DNA of 36,242 bases. Origin: Nitrospirota bacterium. Lineage in GTDB: Bacteria > Nitrospirota > Nitrospiria > JACQCE01. The notes under the pieces were generated by a model. That model saw only the letters and a program-made list of their open reading frames with translations, searched no databases and was not told where the DNA came from. Numbering within the stretch: position 1 is the stretch's first letter; the number at the start of each line of letters is the position of its first letter. The stretch is taken from NCBI GenBank assembly GCA_040755775.1, contig JBFMAJ010000002.1, positions 1-36,242 of the forward strand. The letters are read 5' to 3'. Both the position numbers and the translations under genes were made by a program. Positions 18,540-25,998 of this stretch are shown here, piece after piece.

Positions 18540-19715
18540 ATGACCTTGGCCGTTACACTGCTGCGGTGGACCACTCGAGTGAAGAAATTGCTCCAGTCAC
18601 GCTTGCGGGGAGCGCGACAAGTGTACGTCCATCATCGGGTGGCAGAATATCGCCGAATGTGGCAGGCCGTGGCTGACGCCCTGGGCGCCCAGTTCGTGAT
18701 GCTCGCGGATAACCTCTGGGAACTAAAGCTTGGCGGCCGGTCAACGCGCATCGCAAATGACATCATGGAGTTTGATAATCCGGTCATCCTTGAGTTGGCA
18801 GGAATGAAGCCGATCGTCTATCAGCTGCTTCGTGAGCACAACCTTCGAGTTCCGGAGCATCGAGTGTTCGACCTGGATGCCTTGCCCGCGGCGTATGATT
18901 TCCTGGCGCGACATCCGGAAGGGTGTGCGGTAAAACCCGCCAACGGCACCTCTTCCGGCGTCGGGGTCTCGACGCACTTGCAGACGGCCGCGGAGGTCCG
19001 TCGCGCAGCCGTCCTCGCCTCGCTCTACGACCGTGACATCCTTATTGAGCAAATGATTGCCGGTGAGTGCTACCGTGTATTGGTGCTCAACGGCACGGTG
19101 GTCCACGCCGTCTGCAGACGGGGCATCCGCCTCCTGGGTGACGGGGCATCGACCATTGCGCAGCTCCTCGATGCGGAGAGTGCCCGCCGCCTAGCCGCTG
19201 GCGTCCCAGGCCTCTTCGCGGACCGCGACAGCGCGCTCACCCTGAACGCGCAGGGCCTTACACTGGCCTCGGTACCGGAGGCGGGGCGCACACTCCTCGT
19301 CAAGAGCGTCGGAACGGTTCACGGTGCCGGTCAGACCGCTGAGGTGCGGACGGTGTACTCGGAGGACGTCACCGATCATATCTGCCCCGCCGTACGGCTC
19401 GCGGCTGAACAGGCGGCCGGGATCATCGGATCGAATCTGCTCGGCGTTGACTTCATCCTGCTGGATCCATCCTCGCCGCTTGAGCAGACGGGGGGCGTTA
19501 TCAATGAAGTCAACACCACGCCGGGGATGCATCACCATTACGACAGTCAGCGCGAGCGTTTTCCTCAAGCCGCACTGCAAGCCGCACGCGTGCTGCTCGG
19601 TCTCAGCGCCGAATCGGAGCGCGGGAAGCCGCATACTCGCGCGGATGCGGATCCATCAACCGCGTCCGGTCGACTGGTCTCCAACTGCAGGGAAGGCAGA
19701 CTCGCTGATGTGTGA
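18540..19715 (+). CDS. ATP-grasp ligase 2, cyanophycin-synthetase N-terminal-domain-like
   Basis: LLREHNLRVPEH...CAVKPANGTSSGVGVS...LIEQMIAGECYRVLVLNGTVVHAVCRR...LLGDGASTIAQLL...GLTLASVPEAGRTLLV...GVDFILLDPSSPL...GVINEVNTTPGM parallels the CphA ATP-grasp module (IKP.DGNHGRG, RVLVVNGK.VA, GDG.STI.ELI, GID...PDIS.PL, I.EVNAAPG). Confidence 0.8.
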   Translation: MTLAVTLLRWTTRVKKLLQSRLRGARQVYVHHRVAEYRRMWQAVADALGAQFVMLADNLWELKLGGRSTRIANDIMEFDNPVILELAGMKPIVYQLLREHNLRVPEHRVFDLDALPAAYDFLARHPEGCAVKPANGTSSGVGVSTHLQTAAEVRRAAVLASLYDRDILIEQMIAGECYRVLVLNGTVVHAVCRRGIRLLGDGASTIAQLLDAESARRLAAGVPGLFADRDSALTLNAQGLTLASVPEAGRTLLVKSVGTVHGAGQTAEVRTVYSEDVTDHICPAVRLAAEQAAGIIGSNLLGVDFILLDPSSPLEQTGGVINEVNTTPGMHHHYDSQRERFPQAALQAARVLLGLSAESERGKPHTRADADPSTASGRLVSNCREGRLADV

Positions 19716-20988
19716 TGTGCTCGTCACCGGAGCCGAGTCCCGCCAAGGGCTCGTGGTGATTCGATCATTGGGCCGCCGTGGCCTTCGTCTGTTTGTCACG
19801 GGAGACCGTCCGCGCAGCTTGGGTTTTTATTCCAAGTACATTCACCGCCATGCGCTGACGGCATCCCCCGAGCACCACAATAAACTGTTTGTCGATGAAG
19901 TGCTCGGGTTGGCTCAACGACACCGCATCCCGTACATTTTTCCGGTGACCGAAACAAGCCTCATCGCGCTCGATGAGCGCCGCGATGAGGTGGATGCCAT
20001 TTCGAAGTTGCTGGCGCCGCCTTCCTCGGCGATTCGAGCCGGCGTCGACAAACAGCGCACTCTGGCCATTGCCGAACAGGTTGGCGTGCCCATCACCAAA
20101 ACGTTATACCCCCGAGGAATAGAGGAGGCCGACGCAACCGCCGCGCAATGGGGCTATCCCGTGATCTTCAAGCCCCGCGGCCGTGCCAATGACAGCCGCA
20201 TCGGCGGGAAGTTTGATTTTAAAATCCGTTATGCGCACAACCGCACACAGCTCCACAGCATTCTCGAAGACTGCGCCGACGGCGTCTTTCCCATGATGCA
20301 GGAATACGCGTACGGCGGCCACACGCAAGTGGTGTGCTTCATGGAACCGCAGCGCGCGCACTCGTGGTTTCAGGATGACGCCGTCAGAATGCTGCCGCTG
20401 ACCGGCGGAGTGGGCACCCGGATGCAAAGCCGTCCGGTTGATCCCCTGCTGGCGGAATACTCCGGCCGAATCTTCGCTGCCATGCGCATGGAAGGCTGCG
20501 CCCAGGCCCAGTTTAAAGGCCCCGACGCTGACGGTCGATACCGGTTCCTGGAGGTTTCCGTTCGTCTGCCGGCGTCGGTCGGCAGCGCAGTCTATTCCGG
20601 CATCGATTACCCCTGGCAGCAGTACTGCTACTTTTCGGGACAACCGGTCGCACCTATCGACCGATATCGGCTTTCGCAGCCAACCCGTTGGCTCCGCGGT
20701 GATACGATCTCCGTGTGGCAATATCTTCTGGACGAAACACCCCGCTCCGGCGATACTTTGCCATCCAAACCACGGATATTTTGGGGCTGGCTTGTTGATT
20801 TCGTCAGACCCCGACTACGCCATTACGTGGAAGTCCCCACTGACCCGAAACCCGCCCTCCAGGAACTCCGCGAGCTGTTTCGCGAATTGGCCGTTCTGTT
20901 CGGCCGCAAGGCGCTCCAGCGGCTCCCCATCCTCCGAACGGTCGAGCGGGCGTTGACTCCACATCGCGCCGCACGGGGGAGATTATGA
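19708..20988 (+). CDS. ATP-grasp ligase 3 (paralog-type of ligase 1)
   Basis: VLVTGAESRQGLVVIRSLGRRG, WGYPVIFKPRG, PMMQEYAYGGHTQVVCF, RMEGCAQAQFKGPDADGRYRFLEVSVRLP. Start set at the ATG at 19708 (8-nt overlap with the upstream stop). Confidence 0.78.
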   Translation: MCDVLVTGAESRQGLVVIRSLGRRGLRLFVTGDRPRSLGFYSKYIHRHALTASPEHHNKLFVDEVLGLAQRHRIPYIFPVTETSLIALDERRDEVDAISKLLAPPSSAIRAGVDKQRTLAIAEQVGVPITKTLYPRGIEEADATAAQWGYPVIFKPRGRANDSRIGGKFDFKIRYAHNRTQLHSILEDCADGVFPMMQEYAYGGHTQVVCFMEPQRAHSWFQDDAVRMLPLTGGVGTRMQSRPVDPLLAEYSGRIFAAMRMEGCAQAQFKGPDADGRYRFLEVSVRLPASVGSAVYSGIDYPWQQYCYFSGQPVAPIDRYRLSQPTRWLRGDTISVWQYLLDETPRSGDTLPSKPRIFWGWLVDFVRPRLRHYVEVPTDPKPALQELRELFRELAVLFGRKALQRLPILRTVERALTPHRAARGRL

Positions 20989-23510
20989 CGCCAGCCGCTT
21001 CCATCCCTCGGGCGGCGAGGCCGACTTACGCCCCTCACGTATCGGCGAACCGCGTGATGCTGTTGGTGTCCTACCATTTCCCTCCGAGCTCAGAAGTCGG
21101 GGGCTTGCGGACCGTGCACCTAGCCACCCATTTGCCTGAGCACGGCTGGCAGGTGGAAGTGCTGACGATCGCGACGCGTCATGTGGAAAACCAGGACCCC
21201 GAGCGCCTGCGCGGGCTCGACAACATCCCAGTGCATCGAGCGTCGAAATGGCCCACCCTCCTCGATCTCTACGCGTCTGTCAAACGCGCCCTGACGTCCC
21301 GTCTTGACATTTCACGACACGGTCGGGCGCGACCATCTGCCTCGGCGACGCGGACGCCAAAAGAGTCGATCGGGGCCAGGCTCCGACGATATATTTTGTC
21401 ACTGCTCTCTCTGCCGGACGGCTACCGTAGCTGGGTGATTCCGGCCACTCTTACAGCGCTCAAACTGTGCCGGATGCGCCGCTATGACTGCGTCATGACC
21501 ACCTCGCCGCCGAATTCCAGCCACCTCATCGGCCTTCTGCTCACGTTGTGCACGGGTATCAAGTGGATCGCGGACTTTCGTGATCCCTGGATGACTGGGG
21601 GGAGCAAGAGCTTGTTCGAGACGTCCGCCCTTTCGCTCGCGCTCGAGCGCCGGCTCGAACGGCTCGTTCTGCGTCATGCTCACCTGGTCACCGCCAATAC
21701 CGCGCCGCTTGCTGAATTGCTCCATGGCGCACAGCCCCCTGATCGGCGTCATGACAATCTCTATATCCCGAATGCCATTGATTGGACGCGCTACACATCC
21801 TACCGCCAGCGTGCAAAGCGCGAAATGTTTACGCTGACCTACGCGGGGTCGCTCTATTATGGGCGCTCACCCCAGCCAATTTTTCAAGCAGTCCGCGAAC
21901 TAGCCGCAGAGGGGAAAGTTTCGCTTGACCGCCTCCGGATCATGCTCGTCGGGGACTGCGCCGATATCGGAGGCCAGCCGATATCCGACGTCACCACGGG
22001 GTACGGGCTAGCGGCGGTGGTCGAGGCTGTCCCGACCGTGCCCTACACTGCGGCCCTGGAGTTCATCGCGCGCAGTCATGTGGCGCTACTCTTTGCACCC
22101 AATCAGCCGTATCAGCTGCCGGCGAAAATCTACGATTATATGGGCTTGGGGGTGCCAATTCTTGCCATCGCCGGTCCTGGCGTGACGGAGCAGGTGTTGA
22201 GAGAGACCAACACCGGCGCGGCGTTCGAGCCGTCGAATATCAGCGGCATCAAGAGCTACATCGCTAATGCGTACGCGGATTTTTCGCATCGCACAAACCG
22301 CAGTCTCGGGGCACGCGGGCTTGATCGATTCGAGGCCGCACGGATAGCCCAATCGTTGTCGGAACGGCTCAACGAGCTCTACCAGCCGCCGCGCACCGGA
22401 CTGGAACTCCCTTCTCCTAAGCGACCCCCACGGCCACCGCTAGTGAAGCCCATGATCCAACTCACGGTCTCCAATCATCCTGGCCCCGATTGGTCAGCGT
22501 GGCTCACGCGGCTCAATGGCAATCTCTATCACAGCGCCGCCTGGGCCGAATCATGCCGGACCGCGCACAAGCATCCGATCTATTTCCACTGGGAGGACGA
22601 GCAGGCGAGGTGCGTCGGCGCGGCCGTCGGCATCGCCAGCCGGTCGCCTCGCCCCGTCATCGGTCGATTTTCACGACGGCTCGATTTTGAAACCTATCCC
22701 GCCGCCGGCGACAGGGCCGACCTCGCGCTCCAGATGATGGCCGACCTCGCCCGCCACGCGAGCCTGACGGGCCATCGCGCGCTCTCGATTCACTCCTATC
22801 TCGCTACTGGCCCGGTGGCCGGGCTTGAGCGGCTGGGGCTGTCGCTGTCGCCGCGCATTGAGTTTGCCGTCGATCTCACGCGCTCGCCCGATGCATTGTG
22901 GCAGGCGCTGAGCGCGCACCACCGACGCAAGATCAAGAAAGCCGGCCGACTCGGACTGACTCTGGTGGAGGCCGATTCCATGGAGGCCTTGCGGCAGTTT
23001 CGCGCCCTACAAGTTGCCTCGCGCGAACGCCGTCGCAGCCGCGGTGAAGAGATCGGCATGCTCGATGATCTCTACTACGAAGAGAAGGGGCGGCGTTACT
23101 TTGGACGGAACCTCGGCCGGCTCTGCCTCATGCTCCACCGCGGCACGCCGGTCTCCGCCGCATTCATCGCCCTGTACGGCGGGCAGGCGCTCTACGTGCA
23201 CGGCGGCAGCAGTGATGAGGGCTTCCGCATGAACGCCCCGGCGCTTCTGTTCTGGGAAGCGTTTCTCCAATACCGCACACGCGGCTGCGATCGCTTCAAT
23301 CTTGGCGGCGTGCCCGCGGATGCCGCCGACCCCCAATCGCCTTCGCACGGACTCTACCGATTCAAGGCGGGATTTGGCGGGCGGGAGCTCGCCCTGGCCG
23401 ACTGTACCACCGAAGGCTCGGGATTGCGGACCCGCTGGCTCCTGCAGTCGGCGAAAGCGCTCCTCCGGTCGGGCGGGACGTCGAGGCGCTTGGAGGTCCC
23501 GCTGACATGA
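20985..23510 (+). CDS. Fusion protein: N-terminal GT4 glycosyltransferase + C-terminal FemAB-related (PEP-CTERM-system-associated type) aminoacyl/acyl-transferase domain
   Basis: N-terminal half: VMLLVSYHFPPSSEVGGLRTVHLATHL...LPAKIYDYMGLGVPILAI (GT-B/GT4). Pro-rich linker YQPPRTGLELPSPKRPPRPPLVKP (about 22381-22451). Then an in-frame Met and a FemAB/Acetyltransf_6-like domain (WAESCRTAHK...HHRRKIKKAGRLGLTLVEA...GLYRFKAGFGG). No stop codon in frame across the junction. Confidence 0.78.
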   Translation: MTPAASIPRAARPTYAPHVSANRVMLLVSYHFPPSSEVGGLRTVHLATHLPEHGWQVEVLTIATRHVENQDPERLRGLDNIPVHRASKWPTLLDLYASVKRALTSRLDISRHGRARPSASATRTPKESIGARLRRYILSLLSLPDGYRSWVIPATLTALKLCRMRRYDCVMTTSPPNSSHLIGLLLTLCTGIKWIADFRDPWMTGGSKSLFETSALSLALERRLERLVLRHAHLVTANTAPLAELLHGAQPPDRRHDNLYIPNAIDWTRYTSYRQRAKREMFTLTYAGSLYYGRSPQPIFQAVRELAAEGKVSLDRLRIMLVGDCADIGGQPISDVTTGYGLAAVVEAVPTVPYTAALEFIARSHVALLFAPNQPYQLPAKIYDYMGLGVPILAIAGPGVTEQVLRETNTGAAFEPSNISGIKSYIANAYADFSHRTNRSLGARGLDRFEAARIAQSLSERLNELYQPPRTGLELPSPKRPPRPPLVKPMIQLTVSNHPGPDWSAWLTRLNGNLYHSAAWAESCRTAHKHPIYFHWEDEQARCVGAAVGIASRSPRPVIGRFSRRLDFETYPAAGDRADLALQMMADLARHASLTGHRALSIHSYLATGPVAGLERLGLSLSPRIEFAVDLTRSPDALWQALSAHHRRKIKKAGRLGLTLVEADSMEALRQFRALQVASRERRRSRGEEIGMLDDLYYEEKGRRYFGRNLGRLCLMLHRGTPVSAAFIALYGGQALYVHGGSSDEGFRMNAPALLFWEAFLQYRTRGCDRFNLGGVPADAADPQSPSHGLYRFKAGFGGRELALADCTTEGSGLRTRWLLQSAKALLRSGGTSRRLEVPLT

Positions 23511-24709
23511 TCACGTTGCACGGCGTGCAGGAGCGGCTGAAATACTACCGGTCGTGTTTCGATCACGACCTGCTCGAGCTCTCGTTGCCGTGGACGAGCG
23601 GCAAAGGGGCCGACACGGGGGACCATCTTCGCGCGGCCATGCAGTGGCTTTGTCGGGCGCAGGACGCCTTCGACGACGGCGGTGTGGCGCGAAGTTACGC
23701 GCTCGTCTACAAGCCCTACTTCCGCAAAAAAGGATGGATCGCCTCCTACCCCGAGACGACCGGGTACATTATTCCCACGGTCTTCGACTACGCCAGGGCC
23801 ACCGGCGACCAGCGGCTCTTCGACCGCGCCGTCCGGATGGCCGACTGGGAGTGTGACATTCAGCTGGCGAGCGGCGCCGTGCAGGGCGGGACGATCGATC
23901 AGCCCCCCTCGCCGGCGATCTTTAATACCGGACAGGTTATTTTCGGCTGGCTCCGAACATATCAGGAAACGTTGAAAGAAAAATACCTCGGCGCGGCTGT
24001 GCGCGCGGCCGATTTTCTCCTCGCGCACCAGGACGCCGATGGGGCATGGCGACGCCACCTTTCCGCCTTCACCAATCCCGATATGGCGTTCTACACGTAC
24101 AACACGCGAACCGCGTGGGCGTTGCTCCTGCTCTCAACCGTGCTCGAAGACTCATCGTACCGGACGGCGGCGCTCCGCAACATCGAATTCGCGCTGACCC
24201 AGCAACGCGGCAACGGCTGGTTTCACTCCAACTGCCTGAGCGACCCGTCGCAGCCGCTGGTCCACACGATCGCCTATTGCATCCGCGGCATTCTCGAAGC
24301 CGGCGTTCTCGTCAAAGATGAACGATTCATCGCCAGCGCCCAGAAGGCCGCCGACGCGCTCCTGGTCAACCAGCGGGCCGACGGCAGCCTGGCCGGCCGC
24401 TACAACGCCCGCTGGCAACCTGCGGTGTCATGGAGTTGTCTGACGGGCAACGCCCAGATGGCCATCATCTGGGGACGCCTCTATCAACTCACGGGCCAGA
24501 TGCGCTACCTCGTTGCCCTGAACCAGGCGACGCAGTATCTCAAGTCGGTGCAGATTCTCAAAACGAACAACCCGAATCTGTATGGCGGGATCACCGGAGC
24601 CCGGCCGATCAACGGCCCGTATGGAAGCTATGAAATTCTCAACTGGGCCGTCAAATTTTTCATCGATGCGTTGCTGCTCGAGCACGCACTGCGCGGAGCC
24701 GCGCCGTGA
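23507..24709 (+). CDS. Alpha/alpha-toroid protein with QW-like repeats (prenyltransferase/squalene-oxidase-repeat-like); role in the EPS pathway unknown
   Basis: Repeated Q/N-x-x-x-(D/N)G-x-(W/L) motifs (HQDADGAW, QQRGNGWF, NQRADGSL) spaced about 50-60 aa apart. Predicted all-helical. ATGA overlaps on both sides show it belongs to the operon. Confidence 0.45.
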   Translation: MITLHGVQERLKYYRSCFDHDLLELSLPWTSGKGADTGDHLRAAMQWLCRAQDAFDDGGVARSYALVYKPYFRKKGWIASYPETTGYIIPTVFDYARATGDQRLFDRAVRMADWECDIQLASGAVQGGTIDQPPSPAIFNTGQVIFGWLRTYQETLKEKYLGAAVRAADFLLAHQDADGAWRRHLSAFTNPDMAFYTYNTRTAWALLLLSTVLEDSSYRTAALRNIEFALTQQRGNGWFHSNCLSDPSQPLVHTIAYCIRGILEAGVLVKDERFIASAQKAADALLVNQRADGSLAGRYNARWQPAVSWSCLTGNAQMAIIWGRLYQLTGQMRYLVALNQATQYLKSVQILKTNNPNLYGGITGARPINGPYGSYEILNWAVKFFIDALLLEHALRGAAP

Positions 24710-25998
24710 GCTTCTCCGTAATGGGGCTCATTGCCGCCGCGCTCATGATCGCGCTCTTCCACCCACTGGTCGGGCTCCTGGCGTTTTTGTCGCTCATCTA
24801 CTTGCGCATTCAGGACATCGCCCCGGAGTTGATGGGTCCCTTTTCACTCAATATGATCGGGGTCGTCACGCTGGCCGGCTGGTTGATCCAACGCCAGCAG
24901 TCCGTCTCATTGCCGTCGCAGATCTTTCTGCTGGCGGGGTTTCTGCTGGCATCGACGCTGTCGTTGGCCCATCTCTCCATGGACGTGATCAAGGCCGCCA
25001 TCCCGGACTTGCTCTCCAAGGCCTTCTTCGTGTGGTTGATCATCAATATTGTGACAACTAAGCATGCCGCCAAGGCTTACATCTGGTGCTGGCTGCTCCT
25101 GACCACGTCACTGGCCGTCTGGATTACGTATCAAACGTCGATTCTAGACAATTCCGAATATCTCTATAAGGACCGGACTCAATATTTTGGGATTTTCGCC
25201 GACCCGAACGACCTAGCCCTGGCCTATATCCTGATGCTGCCCGTGGCCTATTACGTCATCAGCCAGGCGCGCACCCTCTGGGTCAGGGGACTGGCGGCGT
25301 TCTCCTTCTTAAGCATCGCCTACGCCACGACCACGACGCTCTCCCGCGGCGCGTTTGTGGCGGTCCTGGCCGCCGTCCCGGTCATATTCGTCCGTGACCG
25401 TCGGCGGGCCACCGCGTTCATTTTGCTGGTGTTGTTGCTGGGCGTGCTGGATCCGTATATTCCGTCGAGCTTCTGGGCCCGCGTGGAGTCGATCGAATAC
25501 AACAATCCCGGGCAGTCGGCCGTACAGCGCATTGCCGCGTGGGAGGCCGGTCAGCAGATGTTTCTCGATCACCCGCTCCTGGGCGTCGGGAAGGACCAGT
25601 TTCTGCAGCACCACGTCCGCGCCGCCCACAGCGCCTATTTCCAGGTGGCGGCGGAGACCGGGCTGTTCGGGTTGACATTCTGGGTTCTGCTCATTGCCTG
25701 GACCTTCAAAGAGCTCTACAGAGTGGGAAGCTTGGCACGGAACCACCCGGAAGTAGCCGACCTGGAACTGTACGCCAAAGGCCTCGAAGCGGGTTTCGTC
25801 GCCTTCCTGGTCGGCGCCGTGTTCCTCAGCCAAGCCTATAGTTGGTTGCTCTTCTCGTTTATCGGAATCGCGGCGGCGCTTCGCCAGGTTGCCGATGCGG
25901 CGATCATGCCGCAACAGTCCGCCGCGGACCCCAAGCCGACACTCGCGTACCCTGATCGCTCCCCGGCCGTCCGATCATTCCTCGGCGGGTCGTCATGA
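24706..25998 (+). CDS. O-antigen ligase/polymerase-like membrane protein (Wzy_C domain; exosortase-locus O-glycosylation ligase type)
   Basis: About 10-12 TM helices. LSRGAFVAVLAAVP and RIAAWEAGQQMFLDHPLLGVGKDQF...HSAYFQVAAETGLFGL, typical of the Wzy_C/O-antigen ligase loop. GTGA overlap with the upstream gene. Confidence 0.82.
   Translation: MSFSVMGLIAAALMIALFHPLVGLLAFLSLIYLRIQDIAPELMGPFSLNMIGVVTLAGWLIQRQQSVSLPSQIFLLAGFLLASTLSLAHLSMDVIKAAIPDLLSKAFFVWLIINIVTTKHAAKAYIWCWLLLTTSLAVWITYQTSILDNSEYLYKDRTQYFGIFADPNDLALAYILMLPVAYYVISQARTLWVRGLAAFSFLSIAYATTTTLSRGAFVAVLAAVPVIFVRDRRRATAFILLVLLLGVLDPYIPSSFWARVESIEYNNPGQSAVQRIAAWEAGQQMFLDHPLLGVGKDQFLQHHVRAAHSAYFQVAAETGLFGLTFWVLLIAWTFKELYRVGSLARNHPEVADLELYAKGLEAGFVAFLVGAVFLSQAYSWLLFSFIGIAAALRQVADAAIMPQQSAADPKPTLAYPDRSPAVRSFLGGSS

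Noticed and set aside
24706-25998. Considered whether this polytopic membrane protein is the missing exosortase (EpsH/XrtA)
   Set aside because: It carries the Wzy_C/O-antigen-ligase loop (RIAAWEAG...GVGKDQF...HSAYFQVAAETG). It does not show the compact 8-TM layout with the Cys/Arg/His catalytic pattern expected for exosortases.
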